Positions 10,052-18,465 of a stretch of DNA of 64,000 nt are shown piece by piece. The notes under the pieces are model-generated. The model had not been told where the DNA came from. It was given only the letters and a program-made list of their open reading frames with translations, and did not search any database. This DNA is from an uncultured Verrucomicrobiae bacterium (GTDB lineage: Bacteria; Verrucomicrobiota; Verrucomicrobiia; Chthoniobacterales; Chthoniobacteraceae): contig CAWIKF010000001.1 of NCBI GenBank assembly GCA_963836755.1, positions 576,001-640,000 of the forward strand, in the 5' to 3' direction. The translations under genes were made by a program, and so were the position numbers. Within the stretch, counting starts at the first letter, position 1; every line of letters begins with the position of its first letter.

Positions 10052-11350
10052 TTATACGGACACGGGTTCTTGTTTGTTGCCCGTCAGGTGCCCCCGGCCG
10101 CAGCTCACGCCATTGTGCGCCTGCACGTCGCGACCTTCCTCGATCGGTGCGGGTTTCGGCCCGAAATTGAAGGCAATATTTTTCCACGTATCGCCCGGCT
10201 TCGCCTGCAGGCCGAGGCTCGCAGTCGGCTCGTAGCCGCAATGCACCATGCAATTTTCGCAGCGAACGTCCTTCGCGACGCCATCGACGACGCCGTAATT
10301 TTCCCACTGCACTTTCTCGAGCAATTCGGCGTAGCTGCCATAATGGCCAGGGCCGCCGAGCGTGTCGGTCATGAGATAGCACGGCGCTTTCCAGCCGCGG
10401 ATGTTCCGTGTCGGAATTGCCCACGCGGAGCAGCTGAGGTCGCGTTTGCCGGCGAGAAACTCGAGATAAATCGGCGTGCCGAAAAAAGTATATTTGCGGC
10501 CCCATTCCTCGATCTTGCTGAATTTTTCGATCGTCATTTTGCGCGTAAGGAAAAAGTTTTCCGGCGCGATGTTCAGCCGCTTGATCATGTCTTTTTTCGC
10601 CGCGTCGTATTCGTAGCCGGGCGAAATCGTGTGGCCGTCCACGCCGAGGTGCGACAGATATTTAAACATCTCCTCGAGCTCGCTCATCTCGGTTTCCTTG
10701 TAAACCGTCGTGTTCGTCGCGACTTGATAGCCGACGATTTTTGCCATGCGAATGGCGAGGATGCATTCCTTGAAAACGCCTTCGCGCTCGACGATGAGAT
10801 CGTGCGTCCGCTCGAGTCCGTCGAGGTGGACGTTCCAATACATCGAGGTCGAGGGAGCGATGACCGGCTTCGCGGGATCTTTCGGGCCCTTGCGAATTTC
10901 CTCCGCATCCTTCGCGGTGATCAATTCCTCGGACTGCAAAATCTGCAGCTTCGCCTCAATCTCTGCCGGAATTTTGGCAAAGGCAGACGCAAGATATTCG
11001 CGCATCTTTTTGCGCATGAACATCGCGTTCGTGCAGACGTAAACGATCCGTTTCTGCTCGAGCAGGCCGCCGATCAGCGCTTCGATTTGCGGATAAATCA
11101 GCGGCTCGCCGCCGCAGATAGAAATCATCGGCGCATTGCATTCCTCAGCCGCGCCGAGGCAATCCTCGAGCGGCATCATATCCTTGAGCGAGGTCGAATA
11201 TTCCCGGATGCGGCCGCAGCCCGTGCAGGTGAGGTTGCAGGTGTGCAAAGGTTCGAGCTGAAGCACGGTCGCAAACTTTTTCGTGCCACGAATTTTGTGG
11301 CCGACGATGTAAGCTGCGATCTTGGCGGTGAGGGCAAGTGGAAATCTCAT
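10052..11350 (-). CDS. hpnH: Adenosyl-hopene transferase, radical SAM
   Basis: LEPLHTCNLTCTGCG (CxxxCxxC), C-terminal CENCMVHCGYE; adjacent to shc. Confidence 0.9.
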   Translation of the reverse strand: MRFPLALTAKIAAYIVGHKIRGTKKFATVLQLEPLHTCNLTCTGCGRIREYSTSLKDMMPLEDCLGAAEECNAPMISICGGEPLIYPQIEALIGGLLEQKRIVYVCTNAMFMRKKMREYLASAFAKIPAEIEAKLQILQSEELITAKDAEEIRKGPKDPAKPVIAPSTSMYWNVHLDGLERTHDLIVEREGVFKECILAIRMAKIVGYQVATNTTVYKETEMSELEEMFKYLSHLGVDGHTISPGYEYDAAKKDMIKRLNIAPENFFLTRKMTIEKFSKIEEWGRKYTFFGTPIYLEFLAGKRDLSCSAWAIPTRNIRGWKAPCYLMTDTLGGPGHYGSYAELLEKVQWENYGVVDGVAKDVRCENCMVHCGYEPTASLGLQAKPGDTWKNIAFNFGPKPAPIEEGRDVQAHNGVSCGRGHLTGNKQEPVSV

Positions 11351-11512
11351 AGGCTAAAAACTGCGGGGATAGTAGCCAAGCGCGGCGCTCTGTCAATTGC
11401 GACGGAATCCTGATCCCGCATTTTCACCGAGGTGTGTGGAAAAATTTAGGTGACTTTGCCGAGGGCTTTGGACATCTTCGCGGCTGTTTTTGCAAAAAAA
11501 AGGACCCCTAAC

Positions 11513-12013
11513 ATGAAACATTTTTTCTTTAGCCTCAGCATGGCGCTGCTCTTGGCCGCGACCGCTCCCGCCTCCGATACCCAAAACGGACTACAGGTCG
11601 ATGTGACCAAAAAAACCGTCGGCCGCAACGACACGCGCAACGCTGACTATTACTACAACCAGCAGATCGACCGGACGATGGCGCTCCACGTCCTCGCGAA
11701 AAATGTTTCCTTCAAGGAAATGCCGGAGGGGACGATCGAGTATTCGCTGCTCGTGAAACTCCACGACTATCTCGGCAAAGGCGCCTACGAACTTTACACT
11801 GGCACCGAAAAACTACCGCCGTTGAAGGTGGCGGAAACCGCAGATGTGACGCTCGGTTCCGCCGAAGTCACCGGCTGGGGAAACATCGGCGAGCAGCACA
11901 AGGACAAGCTCGATTACAAAATCGTGATCAAGCAGAACGGCGCCGTCACCATGACGCTCACGAGCAATTCCTCGTTTGATTCGCTCGCGAAAAGAGCGAC
12001 GAAAAAAAAGTAG
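11513..12013 (+). CDS. Exported hypothetical protein
   Basis: MKHFFFSLSMALLLAATAPA signal peptide; genome-typical codon use. Confidence 0.7.
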   Translation: MKHFFFSLSMALLLAATAPASDTQNGLQVDVTKKTVGRNDTRNADYYYNQQIDRTMALHVLAKNVSFKEMPEGTIEYSLLVKLHDYLGKGAYELYTGTEKLPPLKVAETADVTLGSAEVTGWGNIGEQHKDKLDYKIVIKQNGAVTMTLTSNSSFDSLAKRATKKK

Positions 12014-12027
12014 CCGCCTCGTCGCGG

Positions 12028-12183
12028 TTACGCGTCCGGCTTGGTCTTGCGCAGGCCGATGACTTTGTCGCCATCCTTGAACTGACCGCGCTTTTTGAGC
12101 AGTTCCACGCGCTCAAAGCGTTTCAAGACGTTGCGTTTCGCGGCAATGGTGCTCGCGCCTTTGAGACTGCGATGTTGGGACAT
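12028..12183 (-). CDS. PVC-superphylum signature small basic protein (51 aa)
   Basis: Manual translation MSQHRSLKGASTIAAKRNVLKRFERVELLKKRGQFKDGDKVIGLRKTKPDA has the RNVLKRxER...GLxK pattern; too short for the ORF track. Confidence 0.9.
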   Translation of the reverse strand: MSQHRSLKGASTIAAKRNVLKRFERVELLKKRGQFKDGDKVIGLRKTKPDA

Positions 12184-12265
12184 GATGAGTTAAAAGTTGC
12201 TGCGGAGTTTTTTGGAAAAGGGTGCGCACTCTGCCGCAATCGCACGCACATCGCAACCGAAAAGT

Positions 12266-13030
12266 TCAATCGCGCGTGAGCCCGCGAATCACCGAACCAA
12301 TCACCGCGCCCGCGCCGACATCGCGCACCGTCTCACCGCCGCCGCCCGAGGGAAGATACGGCTGCAGCGAATGCGCGAGGTTCGACATCGTCAGCGTTTG
12401 CAGCCAGACGCGGCCGGGACCGGTGAGCGCCGCGAGGAAAATTCCATCGCCGCCGAAAAGCATGTTGCGGATGCCGGTAATGCGCGTGATCTCGAAGCGC
12501 ACGCTCGCGTCAAACATCCCGACGTGGCCCGGATGCACGCGCAAAGTTTCTCCCGCCGCGAGATCGTAGGAAACCGTTTCGCCGCCGAGCTCGATCCACG
12601 CCGTTCCGCTGCCCGCAAGCTTTTGTAAAACAAATCCGTCGCCGCCAAAAATCCCCGCGCCGAGCGATTGCTGGAAAGCCGCACTCAGCTCGATCGCCGG
12701 CGTCCCGCACAAAAATCCGTGCCGGTGCACCATGAAAGTTTCGCCCGCGCCGAGCTTCAGCGGCACGATGTGGCCCGGCAACTTTGCCGCGAAAGCCACC
12801 GTGCCCGTCGCGCCGCGCGCCGTGTATTCCGTCATGAAAAGCGAGCCGCCGCCGACCACGCGCTTGAGCGCGCCGAAAATTCCGCCGCCGCCGCCATGCT
12901 GCGTCGTCGTGTGCATCTCGATCGCGCTTGTCATCCAGGAAAGTTCCCCTGACACCGCGATCACGCTTTCACCCGGATCGAGCGTGACCTCGAGCACAGG
13001 CATCGTGGAGCCGATGATTTGATTTTGCAT
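12266..13030 (-). CDS. TIGR00266/AIM24 family protein
   Basis: IIGSTMPVLEVTL, GGGSLFMTEY, FGGDGFVLQKL and LTGPGRVWLQT motifs; start at MQNQI. Confidence 0.85.
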   Translation of the reverse strand: MQNQIIGSTMPVLEVTLDPGESVIAVSGELSWMTSAIEMHTTTQHGGGGGIFGALKRVVGGGSLFMTEYTARGATGTVAFAAKLPGHIVPLKLGAGETFMVHRHGFLCGTPAIELSAAFQQSLGAGIFGGDGFVLQKLAGSGTAWIELGGETVSYDLAAGETLRVHPGHVGMFDASVRFEITRITGIRNMLFGGDGIFLAALTGPGRVWLQTLTMSNLAHSLQPYLPSGGGGETVRDVGAGAVIGSVIRGLTRD

Positions 13031-13214
13031 GCGCTTTGTTAAACCCGAAGCGTTTCTCCGAGTCAAAGCGAATGCCGCCTCAACGCCGTCCTGACGAAAG
13101 TCCAGCAGCAATCGGCTCGGAGTTGGCGCGAAGTGCATCTCGCCGCGGTGAGACGGCCTCAACTTTGACGCGCGCAACGCGTCGCGCCGAGCCGCGAACC
13201 GCTCCCGCGCACAT

Positions 13215-13298
13215 CCGAGCCCTACTTTCACGCCACTGCCGCTTGCATCGGCATCATTTCACCGACGCAAGCGGTTCAGTGGCGCGCGACCCGCTCGG
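13215..13298. repeat. Long imperfect intergenic hairpin (REP-like or terminator)
   Basis: CGCCACTG/CAGTGGCG, CCGCTTGC/GCAAGCGG, TCGG/CCGA and outer CCGAGC/GCTCGG arms. Confidence 0.55.
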
Positions 13299-13316
13299 GC
13301 CTTTTGAGTTTAGCGG

Positions 13317-13754
13317 TTAGCTGCCGCAGCCGACTTTCAAGCCGGTTCCGGTTTCGAGAAATGACTTGAGGCTCGCGAGGACGAGCGGCCAGCCCTTCGA
13401 GACTTTGCCGGGCATTTCCGAACCAGCTTTAAAGTCGTCATGGGTCACGGTGAGGCAGACCATGTCTTCGAGCGGCTCGATTTCGTAGGTGACGCGCGAT
13501 ATGTCCTGGCGGTCGTCCGGGTCGGTCCAGGTCACCACCAGCCGCTTCGGGCGCATGCTTTCCACGACCTCGCCCATGACCCATGTCTCGTTGTCTTTGT
13601 TGACGTGCTGCCATTGCGATCCCTTCTGCCAATCGGAGGTGTTGGAATTGCCACCCCAATACTGGCGGGTGAATTCCGGCTGCGTGAGGGCGTCCCACGT
13701 CTTTTCAGGCGTGGAACGGATGTAGGTTTTGTAGACTAAGTGTGGCTTGTTCAT
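13317..13754 (-). CDS. SRPBCC/AHSA1-domain protein
   Basis: YIRSTPEKTWDALT...GWPLVLASLKSFLETG. Confidence 0.9.
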   Translation of the reverse strand: MNKPHLVYKTYIRSTPEKTWDALTQPEFTRQYWGGNSNTSDWQKGSQWQHVNKDNETWVMGEVVESMRPKRLVVTWTDPDDRQDISRVTYEIEPLEDMVCLTVTHDDFKAGSEMPGKVSKGWPLVLASLKSFLETGTGLKVGCGS

Positions 13755-13758
13755 GATG

Positions 13759-14082
13759 TTACTTTTTTGTGTTTTGGTTTTGTTCGAGACCCTTTTTCAG
13801 ATCGCTCAACGCCTGAAGGCGATGGCGTTCATACTTGGCAATCCAGCGTCCGTAGATCTCATGCAACGGCACGGGATTGAGGTAGTGCAGTTTTTCACGT
13901 CCGCGCCACACGGTGGCGACGAGGTTCGCCGCCTCCAGTAGCGTCAGATGCTTGGTCACTGCCTGCCGCGTCATGTCGAGGTGTTGGCAAAGTTCCCCCA
14001 GCGTCTGCCCGCTGCGCGCATGCAGCTCGTCGAGCAGCTTGCGGCGGCTGGCATCGGCGAGGGCTTTGAATACTTCGTCCAT
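13759..14082 (-). CDS. ArsR-family transcriptional regulator
   Basis: VFKALADASRRKLL, MTRQAVTKHL HTH, GREKLHYLNPVP; usual partner of SRPBCC genes. Confidence 0.9.
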   Translation of the reverse strand: MDEVFKALADASRRKLLDELHARSGQTLGELCQHLDMTRQAVTKHLTLLEAANLVATVWRGREKLHYLNPVPLHEIYGRWIAKYERHRLQALSDLKKGLEQNQNTKK

Positions 14083-14097
14083 TACGAGCGCAATTAG

Positions 14098-14113
14098 GCA
14101 ACCAACTGGTTGC
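14098..14113. promoter_or_regulatory. Probable ArsR autoregulatory operator
   Basis: Palindrome GCAACC-N4-GGTTGC about 15 nt upstream of the arsR start. Confidence 0.6.
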
Positions 14114-14173
14114 ATGTCAAGCAGACTTCGTTGCTTTTTCTTTAATGTGCCCGCGTTTCCAGCCGCCTCGGCT

Positions 14174-14713
14174 TTAAACCATGCCGAGCTGCATCCGGCC
14201 CGCCTCGCTGATCATCGCCTGATTCCATGGCGGGTCCCAGACCAGCTCGACCTCCGCTTCATCCACGCCCGGCAGCGCCTCGATTTTGTTTTTCGCTTCG
14301 CCCGCGAGCACCGGCCCCATGCCGCAGCCCGGCGCGGTCAGCGTCATTTTCACATTCACCAGCGCGCCCGCGCCATCGCGAGGCGTGATCGAGCAATCAT
14401 AAATCAGCCCGAGATCGACGATGTTCACCGGAATCTCCGGGTCGTAACAAGTCTTGAGCTGATCCCAAACCGTCTTCTCATCGACCGGGCCATCGGCCGT
14501 CGCTTTTTCCGCAAAAACGCGGTCGAGGCCGAGTGCGTCGGCGTTTTCCTCCGTGATCCGGACGAGGCCGAATTCCGTGGCGACGGTGTAGCTGCCGCCG
14601 AGCGATTGCGTGATGTAAACGGTCATGCCGGCGGGAAGTTTGATCGCGTTGCCGGCGGGGATTTGAATGGCGTCAACTTCGCGGACGAGTGTGCGTTCGG
14701 TATTTTCGTGCAT
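14174..14713 (-). CDS. sufT: Fe-S cluster assembly protein SufT (DUF59)
   Basis: ITQSLGGSYTV N-domain, YDPEIPVNIVDLGLIY, MTLTAPGCGMG, WDPPW. Confidence 0.9.
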   Translation of the reverse strand: MHENTERTLVREVDAIQIPAGNAIKLPAGMTVYITQSLGGSYTVATEFGLVRITEENADALGLDRVFAEKATADGPVDEKTVWDQLKTCYDPEIPVNIVDLGLIYDCSITPRDGAGALVNVKMTLTAPGCGMGPVLAGEAKNKIEALPGVDEAEVELVWDPPWNQAMISEAGRMQLGMV

Positions 14714-14740
14714 GGGATGAGTTTGTTGAAAAGCGCGCGG

Positions 14741-15220
14741 CTATTTATCGAGGACGACTTTGACTTTTTTGTCGGCGCTCGCGCCAAATTGCTCGAGCAA
14801 ACTCGGCGACTGCGCGGGTGAATTTTCCGTGAGCGGCGTCGGCGTCGCGGGAGCGAGCGCGGAGCGAAGCGCGCCTTCGACGAGTTGCGCGCAGTGAATT
14901 TTCATCGGCGGCAGCGCGCCGAGCGGCGCGGAAAGTTCCGAGCCCGACATCGCCAGCGCTTCCTCGACAGTTTTGCCCGCGATCAATTCCGTGGCCACGC
15001 TCGCGACGGCAATCGCCGTCTCGCAGCCGAATGTTTGAAAAGTCGCGCGGTCGATGACTTTGCGGCCGTCCTTTTCCTTGAACTTTACCCACATCCGCAG
15101 CATGTCGCCGCAATCCGGGCTGCCGACGGTGCCAATGGCGTCCGCACCTTGCATCTCGCCGAGATTTTTCGGATTTTGAATCGCGCTCTCGATGCGCTGC
15201 TGGAGATTTTCTTCGCTCAT
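14741..15220 (-). CDS. IscU/NifU-N-type Fe-S scaffold protein
   Basis: NPKNLG, GSPDCGD, TFGCETAIA, LPPMKIHC (three conserved Cys). Confidence 0.85.
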   Translation of the reverse strand: MSEENLQQRIESAIQNPKNLGEMQGADAIGTVGSPDCGDMLRMWVKFKEKDGRKVIDRATFQTFGCETAIAVASVATELIAGKTVEEALAMSGSELSAPLGALPPMKIHCAQLVEGALRSALAPATPTPLTENSPAQSPSLLEQFGASADKKVKVVLDK

Positions 15221-15766
15221 TTATTCGAGATGATAGCGCGGCACATTTGCATCGATCTCGGCGCTCCATGCGTCGATGCCGCCGCGCAAACTTTTCGCAT
15301 TTTCAAATCCGTGGCCGATGAAATACGCGGCCGCATCCATGCTCCGCTTGCCGGTGTGATCGACGAAAATCGTGAGCGCCGCGCGGTCCCATTTCATTAA
15401 AATTTCCTGCATCAGCTCCTGCGTGAAAAGCATCGAGCCATCGATGCGAGCGGCGTCAAATTCCTCGCGCGTGCGGATGTCCACGAGCTTCGCCGCGCCG
15501 CCGCGCAATTGCTCGGCGAGCTCCGCGGGCGCGATCTGGATTTTCAAATCCTCCTCGTGGCTCGCCTGGATGTGCTCGATGACTTCGTCGACGGAGAGTT
15601 GCTCGTTGCGCGCGCAGACCTGCTCGAGCGTTTCCGTCGGCTGAAAGCCGCACGATGCGCAGCCGCCGATGTGGTATTTTTTGAAAAGCGCCCGCTGCGC
15701 GCCGGGATAGATTTCCAGCAGCTCGCGCATCGTGGTCGCCGGGGCGAGGCTCGTCGTGTTCAGCAT
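15221..15766 (-). CDS. CxxC N-domain plus rhodanese-like domain protein
   Basis: GGCASCGF N-domain; LVDIRTREEF, HTGKRS and SLRGGIDAWS rhodanese motifs. Confidence 0.75.
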   Translation of the reverse strand: MLNTTSLAPATTMRELLEIYPGAQRALFKKYHIGGCASCGFQPTETLEQVCARNEQLSVDEVIEHIQASHEEDLKIQIAPAELAEQLRGGAAKLVDIRTREEFDAARIDGSMLFTQELMQEILMKWDRAALTIFVDHTGKRSMDAAAYFIGHGFENAKSLRGGIDAWSAEIDANVPRYHLE

Positions 15767-15847
15767 CGCGGGCAAGATACCGGCGGGCAAAGGCAAGTAA
15801 AGTGCGCGCTTTACCGGCTCGCGCGCCGCGCTTATCGTCCGCGCTTT

Positions 15848-16477
15848 ATGCGCCGCCAAACGTTGTGGGAAGCTCGCTGGATTTTTGCCGTGGTCGTAAT
15901 TTTGACGGCGCTGCTCACGCTCGCTTCGCCATGGGCGGCAATGATCGGGCTGCTGCTGGTCGCGTATGTATTTTATTTTTTCCGCGACCCGGATCGCGTC
16001 GCTCCGGACGATCCGCGCGCGGTGGTCGCGGCGGCTGATGGCGTCGTCGCGGAGATCATCGAGATGGTCGAGCCCGAGGTGACGAAGACCGCGATGAAGC
16101 GCGTGGCGATTTTTCTTTCGGTCTTCGATGTCCACACGAACCGCGCGCCGATCGCCGGCTCGGTCACCTACCGCCATTATTATATAGGCAAATTTCTCGA
16201 CGCCCGACATCCCGACGCCACGCGTCTCAACGCCTACCAAACCTGGGCGTTTCAAAATGAGCGCGCGACGCTCGTCGTCCGGCAGATCACCGGCGCCATC
16301 GCGCGTCGCATCGTCGCCTGGTCAAAGGTTGGCGACAAAGTCGCGAAGGGCGAGCGATTCGGTATGATCCGGTTCGGCTCGCGCACCGAAATTTATATGC
16401 CACTCGATGCGACCATTTCGGTAAAAATCGGCGACCGAGTCCGCGGCGGCGAAACCGTGATCGCGCAACTGCCATGA
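15848..16477 (+). CDS. psd: Phosphatidylserine decarboxylase proenzyme
   Basis: FFRDPDR, IFLSVFDVHTNRAP, GMIRFGSRT self-cleavage site. Confidence 0.93.
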   Translation: MRRQTLWEARWIFAVVVILTALLTLASPWAAMIGLLLVAYVFYFFRDPDRVAPDDPRAVVAAADGVVAEIIEMVEPEVTKTAMKRVAIFLSVFDVHTNRAPIAGSVTYRHYYIGKFLDARHPDATRLNAYQTWAFQNERATLVVRQITGAIARRIVAWSKVGDKVAKGERFGMIRFGSRTEIYMPLDATISVKIGDRVRGGETVIAQLP

Positions 16478-17295
16478 AGGAAGACGGAAGCCCGAAGATT
16501 TATCTGCTGCCGAATTTGATGACGGCCGGAAATCTTTTTTGCGGCTTCGCAGCCACGCTTCGCATCGTCGAGGGCGCGCTCACACAACAGCGCGGCGCCG
16601 ATCCGAACGAGCTTTACCACACCGCGATCTGGTTTATCCTCGGCGCCTGCATTTTCGATCTGCTCGACGGCCGCGTCGCGCGCATGGGCGGCCACGAAAG
16701 CCCGTTTGGCCGCGAGTTTGATTCCATCGCCGACATCGTTTCCTTCGGCGTTGCGCCCGCGCTGCTCATCTACCGCATCGTCCTGCAGGAAAATTACCGC
16801 TTCGGCTGGCTTATCGCTTTTCTCTACCTCGTCTGCGGCGCGCTGCGGCTCGCGCGTTTCAATTGCATCGCCGCCGCAAACCTGCCGGGCGGCGACAAAG
16901 AGTTCAAAGGCTTCCCGATTCCCGCCGCCGCCGGCACCATCGCATCGTTAACGCTTTTTTTACTTTGGTGGCAATCCGGCGAGCATAAAGTTACCATCGG
17001 ATACGGCCGCTACATCCTGCCGCCGCTCATGATTTTCCTCGCGTTCATGATGTTCAGCCGCTTCCGCTACCCGAGCTTCAAGGCCGTCAATTGGCGCACG
17101 AAGCGCTCCATCCCGCGCTTCATCGTCATCACTTGCCTCGTCGTTTTCACCTTCATGAATTACGAGTGGATGCCGGCGGTCATCTTCATTTCCTACCTGA
17201 TTTACGGCTTCGTGCGCCCGTGGATTTCGCGCAAATGGCAGCGCGAAATCGAGGAGGAGGACGACGACGAAGACGAGGCGCCGGTGACGCCGTGA
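16474..17295 (+). CDS. pssA: CDP-diacylglycerol-serine O-phosphatidyltransferase
   Basis: LPNLMTAGNLFCG, DLLDGRVAR...FDSIADIVSFG, RLARFN; coupled to psd. Confidence 0.92.
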   Translation: MKEDGSPKIYLLPNLMTAGNLFCGFAATLRIVEGALTQQRGADPNELYHTAIWFILGACIFDLLDGRVARMGGHESPFGREFDSIADIVSFGVAPALLIYRIVLQENYRFGWLIAFLYLVCGALRLARFNCIAAANLPGGDKEFKGFPIPAAAGTIASLTLFLLWWQSGEHKVTIGYGRYILPPLMIFLAFMMFSRFRYPSFKAVNWRTKRSIPRFIVITCLVVFTFMNYEWMPAVIFISYLIYGFVRPWISRKWQREIEEEDDDEDEAPVTP

Positions 17296-18416
17296 GCGAT
17301 TTTTTGCAGCAGGGTCTGATCACCACGCTGCAATCGCTCAACGAAAAAAACGCCGCGGCGCTCGAGGCTGATCTGGAAAAGTTTGCCGCGGACTCGCCGA
17401 TCGCGCTCATCCTTCCGTGTCATGCCAACGAGCTCGGCAGCCGCGCGCTGTCGCATCTCATCGACGAAATTTCCGGCGCGAGATTCCTCCGCGAAATCGT
17501 CGTGAGCATGAATGGCCTCGATGAGCAGACTTTTAAACAGGCGCAAACTTTTTTCGAACGTCTGCCGCAACCGCATCGCGTCCTCTGGAACGATGCGCCG
17601 GAAACTGCCGCCCGCCGCGAACCCGCATTGCCACAGGGCAAAGGCCGAAATGCTTGGGCCGCCATTGGCTTGCTTGCGCGTGAAAAAAACTGCCGAATCG
17701 CCGCGTTGCTCGATTGCGACGTCACTACTTTCCATCGCGAAATGCTTGTGCGCCTTTGCACCGCATGCGCGCATCCAGCGCTCAATTTTGCTTTCGCGAA
17801 AATGTATTACTCGCGCATCGCCAGCGCCCGCGGCCGCATTTACGGGCGCGTGAGCCGGCTCTTCCTCGCGCCGCTTTTGCGCGCGCTCGTCCGCGTCGTT
17901 GGCCATCAGCCGCTGCTCGATTTTTTGCTCAGCTTCCGCTACCCGCTCGCCGGCGAATGCGCGCTGCGCCTTGATCTCGCGGCGACGCTGCCATTCGACG
18001 CCGGCTGGGGGATGGAGATCGGATTGCTCTGCGAAATCTTTCGCCGCGTCGATCCGCGCGAGATTTGCCAGGTCGATGGCGGGCGCGATTACGATCACAA
18101 ACATCAGCCGCTCGGTTGCGACACACGCACCGGACTTTTTCAAATGAGTCGCGAAATTGCCGCCGCGCTTTTCGCGCAACTCGCGGAGGAAGGGCTGCCG
18201 ATGACGGAAAAGTTTCTCGACGAACTAACAGCGAGCCATCGCCGCGAAGCCGCCGCCGCGCTCGCTCGCACACGCAGCCTCGCGCTCATCAACGGACTCG
18301 ACTTTGACGAGGAGGACGAGAGCGCGCACATCGCCGCATTCACGGACGCATTGCGCGAAGCCGCGGCGCAATTCCTCGCAGGCGCGCCGCGCGCGACGCT
18401 GCCGCCGATGGAGTAA
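17292..18416 (+). CDS. gpgS: Glucosyl-3-phosphoglycerate synthase-like glycosyltransferase
   Basis: SDFLQQGLITTL start, GKGRNAW, DCD, YGRVSRL, FRYPLAGE, YDHKHQ; GTG start overlaps pssA stop. Confidence 0.75.
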   Translation: MSDFLQQGLITTLQSLNEKNAAALEADLEKFAADSPIALILPCHANELGSRALSHLIDEISGARFLREIVVSMNGLDEQTFKQAQTFFERLPQPHRVLWNDAPETAARREPALPQGKGRNAWAAIGLLAREKNCRIAALLDCDVTTFHREMLVRLCTACAHPALNFAFAKMYYSRIASARGRIYGRVSRLFLAPLLRALVRVVGHQPLLDFLLSFRYPLAGECALRLDLAATLPFDAGWGMEIGLLCEIFRRVDPREICQVDGGRDYDHKHQPLGCDTRTGLFQMSREIAAALFAQLAEEGLPMTEKFLDELTASHRREAAAALARTRSLALINGLDFDEEDESAHIAAFTDALREAAAQFLAGAPRATLPPME

Positions 18417-18465
18417 AAGTCTGAGAATTTTGTCGCACACTAACGGCAGTGCGGCAAAGTTCGGC

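Noticed and set aside
9803..11413. 536-aa plus-strand ORF
   Set aside because: Antisense to hpnH and shc, with no motifs
13088..13135. Hammerhead ribozyme suggested by CTGACGA
   Set aside because: No stem II followed by GAAA and no closing stems found
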